From an uncultured Nitrososphaeraceae archaeon (GTDB taxonomy: Archaea; Thermoproteota; Nitrososphaeria; Nitrososphaerales; Nitrososphaeraceae), in contig CAWGVG010000026.1 of the NCBI GenBank assembly GCA_963825865.1, positions 32,001 through 96,000 of the forward strand: DNA of 64,000 bases, in the 5' to 3' direction. The position numbers were made by a program, and so were the translations under genes. This document shows, piece after piece, positions 23,408 to 36,078 of this stretch; within the stretch, counting starts at the first letter, position 1; each line of letters starts with the position of its first letter. The notes beneath the pieces were generated by a model, which had not been told where the DNA came from, made no database searches, and saw only the letters and a list, made by a program, of their open reading frames with translations.

Positions 23408-23689
23408 CTATTACCTACTTTGAGATCTTATACTTTAAATTATTTGTTTCTTGTTCTTCTTCCTCGGAACTCAAGAACTAAGTAACAGATGTCAATAGCA
23501 ATATCATACAAGCTGGGTTTCGAGGAGTTATTCAGTCGGTATTCATGCTATATAACATTTACGACAAATTGGCCAGGTTATGGTTTAACTTGCATGATAT
23601 ATAACAACATAGATAGCGGCCAAGGTATGCCTTTAGTTATCATAGTTTTTCAAACTGTGTATGCGTAGAGTTTAGGCGCTGGGGTATGA

Positions 23690-24040
23690 GTTCTCCTCCC
23701 TTAGGAAACAATTCTCTCTTTATTACATCCCCACTCAATAGATACTCTACCAGGTCCTGTTAACAGAAGACTAAAGGATGGAACCAAACATTTCCATAAT
23801 AAAAAGAATGGCAGACACTCTAGTCAAAATTCCAACAAGAACAGCAATTCCACCTATTACTTCTAGCAACCCAATTGGAATGGCCATCGCAGCCAGAAGT
23901 CCTATCATGTTTGCAAAGAAATGTTCCGTACCTGCAATATTGGAAACTTTGGGTAAACCATTCCTATAAAGGATATTCCAGCTACAATCCTTATAGGAAT
24001 AGGACCATATGCAGAAAGCTTTTTTGGTAATTCATCCTAT
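23690..24040 (-). pseudogene. DoxX family membrane protein, decayed
   Basis: PIPIRIVAGISF, IPIGLLEVIGGIAVLVGILTRVSA and LLTGPGRVSIE in shifting frames with an internal deletion; boundaries approximate. Confidence 0.7.
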
Positions 24041-24180
24041 CAAACTGTTTGAGAAGAAATAAGCAGTTGTTTTTAACTCAGTTGATAAGTATTTTCTTAC
24101 TATCCTTGGCAAGATACGTTAATTTATTAGTGCTAACGTTGATGTACTCAAATAGCAATAATGATTGTTGGTGATCCTAA

Positions 24181-24651
24181 CTAACCAGGTGTTGCTGCTG
24201 TTGCTGCTGCTACTCCAGTAACATTTACGTTATAAAAGGATCTTAAATTAGGATTATCACTGCAAGTATACTTTGCTGTGATTTTGTTTGGTCCTTCTTT
24301 GATTGTAGTGTATTTATAAGTAAGGAAAAAATTCCATGTTGAATAGTCAGTTGCTCCATGATGACCGGTCGCAGTAGCTTGTTGGTATGGCTTCACAGCA
24401 TCTACAATAACTGACACTTCGCAATTGGAAGTTTCATTATCCGAGGAAGCACCTATAATCATAAGGTCTTTACCAATTGGTACATGTTCATCTTTAGTAG
24501 GTGATGTAATTTTTACTGCATGCAATTTTGGCGATGATAACTGATTATTTGGTGACAGTTGCTTTGTTATTTGTGCATATGAAGTATTAATGTAAACAGC
24601 TGAAAGAAGTATCCCAAAGATAAGCGTTACTATAACAATGCCACGATTCAT
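24181..24651 (-). CDS. secreted Ig-like domain protein
   Basis: Signal peptide ending SYA-Q; VKITSP...G.S...C.V...KPYQ...DYS.W...EG.NKITAK..C; paralogue of 36079-36555. Confidence 0.75.
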   Translation of the reverse strand: MNRGIVIVTLIFGILLSAVYINTSYAQITKQLSPNNQLSSPKLHAVKITSPTKDEHVPIGKDLMIIGASSDNETSNCEVSVIVDAVKPYQQATATGHHGATDYSTWNFFLTYKYTTIKEGPNKITAKYTCSDNPNLRSFYNVNVTGVAAATAATPG

Positions 24652-24929
24652 GTTTAAGAATATAATGGCTCTATTAATATATTAGACTTTAAAATATCTT
24701 ATCAAATCTATTACTATAATAGCATTTATCTTGGATATTATATGAACACACACCTCTAACTTAAGCAGAATTTTAGTCAGATTGTATCATTAATAAATCA
24801 AAATCCCCAATTAGGTATGGGTGTACAGAAGCCCGTGACGGTATCGGTTCTTAAAACGGATTCTAAATAGACATATAATCAAGAGGAAGAAATAAGTGAT
24901 ATCTTCTTATTTCTTACTTACTTACTGAT

Positions 24930-25570
24930 TTACATGTAAAAAAGCTTATCTTTAGACATTCGACGACGGCACAGACGATTCGACTTTGTAAGTTGTAATT
25001 GTCCTACAGCTGTGAATGTTTCTTGTTGTTGTTGCCCTTGAGTAGCAATTACCTCACGTAAGTATTTATTTTGACTTTGTAACTCTTCTATTCTTTGTTT
25101 TAATTTTTCTTTCTCCTCCTCTTCTTTGTGTGTCTGCTGTGGCATTTCTGCCAGCTTGTTATCAAAAGTTGTTATCTTTGTAGCTTTTTCGTTCGATGGC
25201 TGCTGTTGCTGTTGCTGTTGTTCTAATACTGGTTGCCTCGAGGATGGCATTTCAACCACTTCCTGATGTTGCTGTTGCGGCTGTAATAATGGCTGTTGAT
25301 CGCGCTGTTGCTTTCGTTCGGGATAGATTTATGCATTTGAATCTATGGCGATACTGCGCGAGCTATTCACGTTTATAGACGCTCAAATGAGAGTTCAAGA
25401 AAATAAGCTACAAATATCCTTTAGTCTCTAAAAAGCCCTGATCCTTCCAACAAATCGTTAATTACAGTCATGAATCCAACTAGCGCTAACCCTCCTATTG
25501 CAACTTTGCCTAAAGTTTGTATTAATTCCTGAGTATTTTTATTCTGTATTGATAACCTAAAACTACGCAT
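24930..25570 (-). pseudogene. decayed Gln-rich/coiled-coil protein
   Basis: PolyQ and coiled-coil ORF 24930-25259 with interrupted upstream frames. Confidence 0.35.
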
Positions 25571-26060
25571 AACTAAACAAAGAATTTCTCTTAAGTTAAA
25601 AAGGTTTGATGCGTCAAATACTAATCTAATTGAGGATCTGATATTGTCAGATAAGATGGTAGACCACCTATGTTAATGCGATTATCCTTAAATATCAGCA
25701 GTGGTTTGTCTACTCCATAGATGTTTGTGTTATTTCACTTATGGAGTCGTCGGTCAAATAATGCTATATTTTATCAAAAAGTATTGGTTTTATGTGTGTC
25801 ACATTTGATAATAGAAAATTGCCTGTTTTAAGCAGTTGTTTTTATTTCCATTATCCATTCGCATTTGGCATCATATTTTTCTAGTCAAGTTGATAAATGA
25901 TGGTTAAGCATACGTTAACGTTCATACACAACCAAATCCCAAGGGAGAAATACGTGGTCAATTATCTAAATAGCCCTGCTACAATCAAAATAAAAATCTC
26001 CTTATTTTTCTTTGAACGGATTGAAGATGGAGAAAGAAAGAACGGATCGGAACTTAAACG

Positions 26061-27393
26061 ATGAATCGAGATAATATTAGTGCATTAATAATGGCAATGA
26101 CAATAGTAGTAGTTTCTGTTATCGTTGGTTTTACAATATATTTCAACAATCCTAGCCTTAATCAGGCTTGGTCAGAACAACAACAAAAAGACAAAGGCTT
26201 GGTCGTAGGCGATGTTCATTCACCGGAATTTGAATTCGAAAAAAACTATGCCACTGTGAAGAGCGCTGCCCAAACTGGAATAACTCGTCCGGTAAGAGCA
26301 GCTGAAATGGTAGAAAATCATACCATAACTACTATCAAAATCAATAAGACTCAGTTCCAACAAATTAACGAGTCACAATTCATAAAAGCGCCTGAGTTTG
26401 CTCAAATCAGTGGCTACATAAATACACCTAATAATAATAGTCCAATTACACTTTCATCTCTTAAAGGAAAAGTAGTTTTAGTATACATTTGGACATATAC
26501 ATGCATTAACTCGATTCGCCCGATGCCGTACATCGACGATTGGAATCAAAAATATGCTGATAAGGGTTTAGTTACAGTTGGTGTCCATTCACCAGAATTT
26601 ACGTTTGAAAAAAACTATACCAATGTGAAGGCTGCTGTCCAAAGATTTGGAATAACTTATCCTGTAATACTGGATAGTGACCATGGAACTTGGAATGCTT
26701 ATGGAAACCAGTACTGGCCTAGGTATTACTTGATTGATACTCAAGGATACATAAGGTACGATCACATAGGTGAAGGTAATTATGATCAAATAGAAAAAGC
26801 AATTCAGTCATTAGTGGCTGAACGTGCTCCTCTAATGGGTGCAAAAGAAATAAGCTTCAATACAAAACCTACTACAGTAATTAAACCAGGAAGTTTGCAG
26901 TATGTAGATTTAAGACAGAGCACAACACCAGAAATATACATAGGATATGATACTGCGAGAGCACCACTTGGAAATCCTGAAGGCTTCAAACCAGATCAGA
27001 CAGTTTCATATTCAATCCCATCAACTACAAATTTCAAACCTGATATTGGGTACCTCCAAGGCAATTGGAAAAACAATCCCGATAATATGGAATTACAAAG
27101 TGATACTGGGCGCATTGTTTTGACATATTATGCAAAGTCTGTAAATATAATAGCAGGAGGAAAGGGTGGAGGAGTTGTTTTTAATGATGAAGGAGTAGGA
27201 GGAGGAGCATGCAGCATCAACAGCGAAGATACCGAACAAATCTTTAGGAGAAGATTTATCACAAGATGGTAGTTTTAGAATTGACGGGCAAAGGTTGTAT
27301 AATTTAGCTATACATAACAACTACACTGCTCATAACATTGTAATTGACGTTAAAGGCAAAGGATTTCAATTCTATACTTTTACTTTCGGTTAG
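26061..27393 (+). CDS. membrane-anchored DipZ-like redoxin (thioredoxin fold plus C-terminal beta domain), CxxS active site, frameshift near 27210
   Basis: LKGKVVLVYIWTYTCINS, GVHSPEF, YWPRYYLID, GEGNY, TPEIY; C-terminus RLYNLA...FYTFTFG* ends at 27393. Confidence 0.85.
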
Positions 27394-28006
27394 TTAGCGG
27401 GGATGGCCTACATGTATATAGATTATTACTATGGTTAAGATTCTAAACAATATACCAGACGCACAATACCTGCTTATCCATCAACAGGTATTTTGTACAT
27501 TACCCGAAACAATCCAGAATTCATGTATGGATTGTTATTTGTGAATTTTGCGACATCACATTGTTAAGCCTAAATAGTCGTCTTAGCTTTTACAATCCAT
27601 TCGAATTGATTCCAAGTTTATCATAATGTTTTTGAACAGAATCTTTGCTTGGATCTTCAATAATGCAAAGACTATTTCTGCTTCTGGATTGAAGAGAATA
27701 TTTGCATGACTACATGACCAAACTCATATTTGGTGATGCTTGGAGTTGCCTTAAAATCTCCTCGCTTGTTCCTCTTATCTAGTGCATATCAACTAGTATG
27801 TGTACTAATGTCGTCAATGTTAGAACTTTTATTAGATAATATTCCATAAATGCAATTGAACTTTTAAGGAAGAGATTGTAAATTTAGATAACACCCATTA
27901 CTTAGCCTCTAACATAAGGTTATCATTCAGAAACTCATTCTTTGCATGTTATCAATCCAAAATTATTACTATTGCCCTTATTACAAACCAATGTGTAAAC
28001 TCTCTA

Positions 28007-28330
28007 GTGGATGGGAGAGACAACTCCATATTGCATATTCCATTTCATCTGAAAACAATAACCTTTCTCATGATTGCTATTGTTATTATAACCGGCATAT
28101 CTGTTAGCTCATTAATATCTAACCAAAATTATACTGCTATAGCACAACAACAAGAACAAGCTCTTGCTTCAAAAGGTGTATCTTATGATAATGCGACGTT
28201 TTCGCATCATATGGCATCAGTAAACGGTATTCAACTTCATATGTAATAGGTGGTCATGGTAATCCTGTGGTTTTATTACACGGGTGGCCTGAAACATGAT
28301 ATGAATGGCAGGTTAATGGCAAAGAAGGCG
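28007..28330 (+). pseudogene. secreted alpha/beta hydrolase N-terminal fragment
   Basis: HHMASVNGIQLH/VIGGHGNPVVLLHGWPET*YEW with frameshift, stop and truncation. Confidence 0.75.
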
Positions 28331-28544
28331 TTATACTGGTATCACAATAGCTAGGCAGCGGCATCAACAAGCCCCAAGATATTTACATGGAACAGCCGAC
28401 TATATAGCTTATGTCGATCAGCCGATGCTTTGACTTGTCAGTTGAGGCGTCATTTAATATTAGTCATTAAACAGAACAAATTATTGCTTGACAATGATTT
28501 GTAGTATCTTCTAAAGTAGTTGCTCTTGCTCGAACAGTATTGTT

Positions 28545-29435
28545 CTACTTATGTAATGATGACGGTAATAGCATTGGTGGCTGAATCTCTCTTACACTTA
28601 AGTCAGAAAAATCCCACATCATGTTATCTGACCTAAATGTTACCAGCGGACCAGAATTTGTTATTACGTAGTCTTTGGCTCTTCCACAGTCAGCACTATA
28701 AAACTCTATATCTGAACTCTTAGCGAACCATCCGCCATTGTCGACTATTTCAGATACTTTCTTCCAAATATTGTTATCATTATCGTCAATATATGACTCC
28801 ATCTTTACAGCTTTATTATTATTGATATTATACATTACAACCTTCCAGCCTATCCATCTATTTACAATGGACCCAGTAACTTTGTGTGTATCTCTTGCTT
28901 TAGTATACCCTCCTGTATGCCATATCTCCTTTATCCATGATACTGTACCTTCAGTCGATATCCAACCTTTCAAAGCCGAACCCTCACATGGTACACTACT
29001 ACTATGTTTTCCACCCCTTGCGTACCAGTCAATATGGTCACTAGGAGAATCTGCCCATAACACCTTTGCGTATCCAGTTATCTCTACATTTTTCCACTCA
29101 GGTTCATCTTCTGATGTTCCAATTTTCATTCTCACTTGATCTTCTTCATTCTTGCTACCATCTTTTCCACCAATTTGCCACGAACCATCTGGTTGTTTAT
29201 ATATTGGAGAACCAGGATCAAATAGCTTGTCGGCTTTTGGATTAGCCATATCGATAAACCATTCTCTTCCTCCTGACTTTGTAGGGTAAATCTCTTTTAT
29301 TTTGAATATGTGTTTTACAAGACGTGGAGAGACAGGAGGAGGTATTTGAATAAGTTGAATATAAGAGTAAATTACGATGGATATAGCTAGAGATGCAGTG
29401 AGTATACCTACTATAATCCAGCGGCTCTTATTCAT
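28545..29435 (-). CDS. membrane-anchored extracellular beta-rich (lectin/lyase-like) hypothetical protein
   Basis: N-terminal TM; Trp-rich domain IYPTKSGGREWF, WKNVEITGY, WYARGGKH, WIGWKVVMYN, TFRSDN. Confidence 0.75.
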   Translation of the reverse strand: MNKSRWIIVGILTASLAISIVIYSYIQLIQIPPPVSPRLVKHIFKIKEIYPTKSGGREWFIDMANPKADKLFDPGSPIYKQPDGSWQIGGKDGSKNEEDQVRMKIGTSEDEPEWKNVEITGYAKVLWADSPSDHIDWYARGGKHSSSVPCEGSALKGWISTEGTVSWIKEIWHTGGYTKARDTHKVTGSIVNRWIGWKVVMYNINNNKAVKMESYIDDNDNNIWKKVSEIVDNGGWFAKSSDIEFYSADCGRAKDYVITNSGPLVTFRSDNMMWDFSDLSVREIQPPMLLPSSLHK

Positions 29436-29749
29436 TATTTATGTGAATGCTGTGGTATTAGATTAAGAATGCTATGTTTTATTTGAATAGTGTTTTATTA
29501 CGAGTAAAGAATACTTAGTACATCAAGTATCTAAGTTAACCATATTGAATTTCATGGCTTCCATAACAAACATTCGCATAAGATGAAGTACAAATGTATT
29601 GGTGGTGGTGGGTTGAGGGGCTTTGTTATCCAATTCCAACAAGTACTATTCAATGACACTCTTGAATTTTTGTATCGATATGGGTTTTTGTATAAACTTC
29701 TTCTTCTTCCTCCCGATTTTGATAAATCTGCAAATTCCTGATGTAGATG

Positions 29750-30120
29750 TTGCGGCTGTATCAATGGTTGTTGATCTCTGCCTGCTGCTTTCGTTCGAGA
29801 TAATCCTTTCTTGTATGTTTTGTGAATTTTAGTGAGTCGGGTAACAGCTTCCTTAACCATGATTCGGATACACCTGCCTTAGCAAAAGACTGAGAAATCA
29901 TCTTTCTAAGTTGTATCTCATCTACATTCAGATTCTAAAGCCAGTTGCCTTGCTTCTCTGACCTGTTTCATAATTGCCTCCTTTTTACTTTCATAGAAGT
30001 TGTGTATTGTACATAGTTCAGCAGCTGGCGTTAGCTGAATTCATCTAGTTTTTGCTCTAATGTCTCAATTGTTGGTGTGGGTTGCTGCTCCTGCTGGTCT
30101 TCTTCGTCGATAACAGTCAT
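29750..30120 (-). pseudogene. decayed HTH-like/coiled-coil protein
   Basis: MTVIDEEDQQEQQP...LRKMISQSFAKAGVSESWLRKLLPDSLKFTKH across shifting frames. Confidence 0.4.
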
Positions 30121-30187
30121 AAAAAATTTTATAATTTCTACAATAAAAAAGAATTAAGTTTTATCTAGCTGTACATATGGTAAGGTA

Positions 30188-30219
30188 AGCAGTTAGCTTT
30201 AATAGCAGTTAGCTTTAAT
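30188..30219. repeat. 16-bp perfect tandem duplication AGCAGTTAGCTTTAAT x2
   Basis: Read directly. Confidence 0.85.
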
Positions 30220-31642
30220 GGCATTTAAAGTTCCTCCCTTTTTGTAATATCTTTTTGTTTCAATATTTGAACCCATCTAGTTAATGTGGCCAGTGGTTTG
30301 TGAACCATTTTTGACATAATTTTTGGTCTTGATTTAGAGGTTTACAGAAAACTGAGGAAGACCTCAGACTCAGCTTAACTTGTAAATCTACACAGGATAA
30401 CATTACTCTATGACTTTGAAAAATAATACATAGTAGCAACTGTAGTTATTAGAGTAGTTCTTGTAGTCGTGTTGTTCATATTCTGAGTATAATGTCATCT
30501 GTATATTTGAAGTGAGTAAGTTTATGCTGATTTATCTAATATGATTTATTGCTAACTTGTTTCCTATAACAAATGAGTATATCAAATGAAGGATTCTTTC
30601 TAATTTAGCAATTGACAATATCAATCGCTATGTGATTTTGAATCTCTGGTCGCTTCTGGTGGCTCCGTAGAAACCCGAACATTACGGAGCGGACAATGAC
30701 AATACCAGCCTAAAAGAATGACACTATATTTTTTCTTTGCAAGCAGCAGAATTAGACGAACCAACAATAACCCGAGATATGCTGTAACTTCTATCATTGA
30801 GGTGTTTTCGACGAGCTTGTGACGATGATAACGTGCCTTACAGCAGAATATAATAAATCTAATAGTTTCTTTTTGAACTTAATTAATCGCACCTGAATGA
30901 CGATATTCTGATCAAGCTACAAACTACTGTTTTCCATATATTTAAATGCAAATCATTTCACTTCATCCGTGATTGAAACAATTCTATATACATGTAATAT
31001 ATAACAGGAAATAAAATTACCATCTTTTGCAGTTTTAAGATCAGAGCTAAACCAGAACAGACAAGGGGATATGAATCAATAAGGACCCCATGCCTGCCCT
31101 CATTTCGCAGTGGAACCCAAATTATATCTTGTATGATAGCCATGAGCTAAACGTTGCCTTTTCTCTTTTAGTAAATAGAATTTCCTATAAATGTAATTAT
31201 CTTGTATCTTGGCAGTTCACCTTGTTGTTATGATTATTGTCTTTCCCTCATCATGTCTGCTTGAATATCTTTTGTTCTTTCTTCCTGCAATTCATCATAT
31301 CATTCCTTTTTCTTTCTATTCTTCCTAGGATTTTTATAAACAGTCCTATTAAAGCCAAAATAACTTAGACCAGTTTCTACAGTATCAACTATCATTTCCC
31401 TGTACTTATCCTTACTATATAGAATGAGCTTCTACTGTGGTAATTTAATTTCATGATATACTTGAATCTAGTCATCTCGATTCGTACCTGTAGATACAAC
31501 ATAATGAACAGTGCAATCTTGGATATTGCATAAAAGATCAAACATTATATTCTATTTTTTAATTTGTTTGGCATACATCATATATGTAGTATATGCAAGT
31601 CCATAGTTTTTGTATTCATTTCTTAATGGGATAAACTTATCT

Positions 31643-32605
31643 CTATTCATTTTTGTAATACCTGTGTTTAAGAGAAGCAATTGTTGCTATTCTACCTACT
31701 GGATTCCAATAATTTTCTTTTATCATTGCTTCGATATGAGAACTAGTGATATCTTCAAAGATTAATTCTTCTGATTCTGCTTTATCTTTTGCATTGTTCC
31801 ATGCTTGGTTAAATTCCTTTTCAGTAATACCTGAAAGTTGAACTTCACCATACAATTCAGGTTTTAGATTTGATAGATTTCGACCAAGACCATAAAAGAT
31901 GATATTGCTGTTAAAATCCTCTAAATCCAATGATAGCTCTTCTTTTGCTTCTCTGATAACTGTTTTAAAAGGATCTGGATAGCCAGCAGGATCTATATCT
32001 CCTTCTTTAATACTAATTGTTCCTCCAATAAGACACGATAAGTTACCCTGCGCCTCTAATGTATAAGATTTGCTGAGTTTAGATAAGATAAGTTTTGATT
32101 TTAGATTTGATCCATTTTCTGATTTAGATGGCGATGATGTCAATATAACCGACATGTTTGCGGATAATGGATTTGGTAATTTACTGTTTCTTAAATCTTT
32201 GGGTCTCTCCTTTAATAGTTCGCTTAAAGTTGGTTGCTTGCCCTCTCTGTGATAATAACTTTTAGTAATAATATTGATGACAGGCTCATTTAAACGCAAA
32301 TTCATTGCAGCAAAATAGTGGTAAGAAGTTTCTGAAAAGTGCAAAATAAACATTCCAGCAACATCATTAAAATGCCAATCATCTAATCGAGCTATTCTGT
32401 CATCGAAAAACTCAAAGCCTTCTTCTTTCGAATGTCTTTCGATAGAATCAATCCTACTTGCAATTTCTTTTATTAGATAATCTGGCACTTCGTATTTGCC
32501 ATTGGAAAAAGTAGCTGAAACATCTTGTCTTTTAATTGGTCTTGATATTGATTCAAAAAGAATGAGAAATTCACAATCAGGCATTTCCTTATTACTATTT
32601 ATCAC
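31643..32605 (-). CDS. NUDT22-like Nudix-fold protein
   Basis: ETSYHYFAAMN, NPLSANMSV, IGG, Nudix box REAKEELSL. Confidence 0.65.
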   Translation of the reverse strand: MINSNKEMPDCEFLILFESISRPIKRQDVSATFSNGKYEVPDYLIKEIASRIDSIERHSKEEGFEFFDDRIARLDDWHFNDVAGMFILHFSETSYHYFAAMNLRLNEPVINIITKSYYHREGKQPTLSELLKERPKDLRNSKLPNPLSANMSVILTSSPSKSENGSNLKSKLILSKLSKSYTLEAQGNLSCLIGGTISIKEGDIDPAGYPDPFKTVIREAKEELSLDLEDFNSNIIFYGLGRNLSNLKPELYGEVQLSGITEKEFNQAWNNAKDKAESEELIFEDITSSHIEAMIKENYWNPVGRIATIASLKHRYYKNE

Positions 32606-33058
32606 TCTTTATTTCACTTTAAGATATTGCAACTTTTGAATATGAAGATTGGTCTTGTCTATTGGTGTCTGGATTAATCTTACAAACTTTAGATAACATT
32701 AATGCAAGCTTATTGACCATATAATAATTGGGATAGCCATGAGGACTCTGAAATATTCTTATGAGAAAAATAAGAATATTCTGTTCAAAAAGGCAGATGA
32801 TACTTGGTATCCACAAGCTTGCAAATTTTTAAAATTGGAACATCATTTACATTCTTCTTTTGAGAAAAGCATCATATAGAAAGAACAATCCAATATGTTA
32901 AAGATAGAACTGAAAGTTTTGATGACTATTTGTCTTGTATTACGTGTTCATTCCCATACGTACGTGATTGGCTAAAATGAGCATCCATTTAAAAATGAGG
33001 CAAATGCTAGATTAATATGCAATCTTTTAACAGGAGGTCCCATAAAGGCTGACGCTCT

Positions 33059-33445
33059 ATGCACTCTAATGAAGCGATTGAGACCGTCCGTTTGCTGAAA
33101 AATGGTTCGATAGCTGATGAAAGCGAACTGCAGAAATTGGAGCTTTTAATAAAGACAAAGAAATGGAATCTATATTGTATACGCCACTCGGCTATTACTT
33201 CTGATTCTGACTTTTTACCTGAGTATGCACTGAAGAAAAAGGTGCGATGGTCTATGAATTCAAACCAAGGTGCTCGGTACATAAAAAGAAGAATGGGTAA
33301 TGATTTAAAGCTAAAGATCCTTGTCCGAAATGGTATTATTTCCGAGCAACAGATAGAGAAAAGGCCATCTATTCTAAATTGTCCAAGATGTAGCTTAGTC
33401 AATGCAATGGACCTATTTCTTTTCAGAGTAGATTTGAAAAATTGA
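33059..33445 (+). pseudogene. tyrosine integrase C-terminal fragment
   Basis: WNLYCIRHSAIT...KKVRWSMNS...RYI (catalytic R and Y region) followed by CPRC; N-terminal domains missing. Confidence 0.75.
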
Positions 33446-33660
33446 ATTAGTGACACACATTTCGCTGTTACCCATGAATATGCATTATCTCACAACCAAA
33501 TAACTTCCTGTTATTTATTATATGAAATATCACTCGTAAAAAGCAATAAAGAGTCACGCACTGTCTTGTATAAGAAGTGAGATTCTTTAGAAGAACTGAA
33601 GTGAATATGCTCAACTATAGCAATTAAGTCCGCTGACATATGTCCAACCAGATCGTTTTA

Positions 33661-34305
33661 TTAGCTGCTTGTATTAATTATCATTTCTTTACAATGATGA
33701 TGTAGTAAACTTTGCTTTTGTTCCTTTGTAAGATAATCGCTAAAATCTGATTCATGATAGCAACAAAATGCTTTTAGTTTTAAATCAAACTTTGGAGGTA
33801 AAGTAGTTTCATGTTCGATAAGCTCTTGTATTTTATTAAAATAAAAAAATGCACCCATATCAGCTATTACACAAACACCAGTCTTTCCAGAATGTTTTGC
33901 ATGCTCTAATAACATTCCTACAAATACCTTGATATCTACTACTGTATTGGAACCAAAATATGCTTTCTTGGAATCTACAATTATAAGAGAGCCTTCTTTT
34001 TCATGCTTCCTTATATCTAAGCTACAGACACGATCATCACAACTAACATCATCGCTCGTTGACAGAATTTTTCTAACGGATTCAGTAGTTTCATAAAATG
34101 GAAGAAGCAAGACGATATCATTTTTATTTTCAAGTTGCATTTTTGAATAACCACTATAAATTTTCCTAAAAGTAAGTAAATCAGGATATACAATAATGTA
34201 GTGGGAACCATAGTCTGCTTGCAGTATAGTTTCCAAGATGTGATTAATGTTGTCATAATGATCAATATTTCTGACATCAATAATGTTTTTTTTATCATGA
34301 GTCAA
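33661..34305 (-). CDS. MEDS domain protein
   Basis: GSHYIIVYPDL, EKEGSLIIVDS, VIADMGAFF, ELIEHE, AFCCYH. Confidence 0.8.
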   Translation of the reverse strand: MTHDKKNIIDVRNIDHYDNINHILETILQADYGSHYIIVYPDLLTFRKIYSGYSKMQLENKNDIVLLLPFYETTESVRKILSTSDDVSCDDRVCSLDIRKHEKEGSLIIVDSKKAYFGSNTVVDIKVFVGMLLEHAKHSGKTGVCVIADMGAFFYFNKIQELIEHETTLPPKFDLKLKAFCCYHESDFSDYLTKEQKQSLLHHHCKEMIINTSS

Positions 34306-34315
34306 ATGCTAAGCA

Positions 34316-34735
34316 TCATATCCTTGCATTGTAATAATTTCCAACTTTATCAACAATATGCCTTTGAATAATATTAGTTAACTGCCTAGGAGATACTGGT
34401 TTATGTACAAAGTCATCTATCATAATTGATCCTAAAGATGTTGATAATTCATTATTATCAATCTCAAATGCAGACATAAGCAAAACTTTGGTTATGGGAT
34501 TTATCTGCTTAATCCTTTTTATGAATTCAAATCCGGTCATTCCTGGCATCCTTATGTCAGAAAGAACAATAGCACAGTTGTTATAATTTAACTTGAAATA
34601 TTCTAATGCCAATAATGGCCTAGTAAAACCATAAACATGACTAAAACCTCCGTCTACTTCTAGTGATCGTTTAATTACATGAAGTATGTCTAATTCATCA
34701 TCAACAACTAAAACAGACTTTTGATCTAATGTCAT
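34316..34735 (-). CDS. stand-alone response regulator receiver
   Basis: VLVVDDE, SDIRMPGMTG, MSA, KP. Confidence 0.92.
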   Translation of the reverse strand: MTLDQKSVLVVDDELDILHVIKRSLEVDGGFSHVYGFTRPLLALEYFKLNYNNCAIVLSDIRMPGMTGFEFIKRIKQINPITKVLLMSAFEIDNNELSTSLGSIMIDDFVHKPVSPRQLTNIIQRHIVDKVGNYYNARI

Positions 34736-35281
34736 ACCTCAGATGGCTATAAGTTACTATATTATAGTACTATTTAAGTAAACTTTTTTAGTGCATTTTG
34801 CCCTTTCCCAAAAGATAAAAAAAACAAAGGCAAGTAGTTTTTCCTATTGGAAAACACTTTACAACAAAGGGCGAACACAACTGTCACTTTCTTTTCATGA
34901 GATGTTTTTGTTGTATTGTCTTCCCCAGTTTCTGCTGAGAGCCTAGTAGGTGATTCTTCCTTGTCTTTCTGTGATGATTTAGAAATCTCTGTATCTTCCG
35001 TGGTCATAACATATGAATACACGTCAATACTTAATAAGAAATTCATGCTATTGTATGAGCTATGGCGGTGATCCTCTTGGTATCATCACCTATGCAGACG
35101 ATATGTAGCTATACATATCGTGAGCTGATAGCATGTCTAGAGAGGGCTGGAATAGTGTTTCTTAGATAATAACAGCACTATGCATGCTGAAAGAGTTGTG
35201 AGATTAATTAATAAGATATATGCGCTCAATGCATATAATCAACATTTTGTTTTTGATATTGCCTATTATCTGGCTAGACAG

Positions 35282-35585
35282 CTAGTGTGTTGGTATTCCT
35301 TTTACTGGTAGTACCGCGATGGGGTTTACTCTTGGAATAATTAAGGGTTGAGCACGATCAGCACAAAATGGTGTTGCTGTAATACTGGCAAATGTTACTA
35401 GGACTGATCCGGTCATTCCGCCACCTGTACAAACTATACCGCTACTGCCAGGTGTTGCTAGTAACGGAGTTCCCTCTTGTGAACAAGTTGCGTTGTTTCC
35501 TGAATGGGTACATACCACATTTTGAGCTTCTTGTTCTTGTACATTATCAAATCCACTTGCTGTGCCGTATTGTTTGTCTCTGCGG
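35282..35585 (-). pseudogene. 5'-truncated member of the SGFDN-EQEAQ-CTH secreted family
   Basis: KQYGTASGFDNVQEQEAQNVVCTHSGNNATC then a Cys-containing tail; signal peptide missing. Confidence 0.65.
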
Positions 35586-35669
35586 AGTTAAGAAACAGCA
35601 CTTGATTTGCTATATGATTAATTATACGAAATTATTCGGTATTAAATCATATTAAATAAATCAGCATTA

Positions 35670-35689
35670 ACTTACTCAAGTCAAATATA
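35670..35689 (+). promoter_or_regulatory. orphan copy of family promoter motif ACTTACTCAAGTCAAATATA
   Basis: Matches 38705-38727 and 40005-40027. Confidence 0.5.
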
Positions 35690-36078
35690 CATATGCCACT
35701 GGCTAGAAATCTAAGCATACATTACACTTGTTAGACAGACTGAACAAGTCCAATCTTAACAATCATTTCTCCATTAAACACTATAAGGATCTAGGAGAAT
35801 TATGATACATATAATTATATATTTAAATTTCTCATAACTACATACGATAAATAAAAAATCTCATATATTTTTATGAGTTGAAAAAAATTATATAAATGGT
35901 CCATATATCGTGTGATTGACAACTGAAGTGTTAACTTTCCAGCCCTGAAGCATGTGGGCTTGTAACTGCCTAAAAAAGAGCCGTAACCATAGTTTCATTG
36001 ACCGGAACTCTATTCTTTATGTTTAAAACTCCTGCATAATCTAGCAGTTCTTAAATCCACATTGCTCACACATAACGG

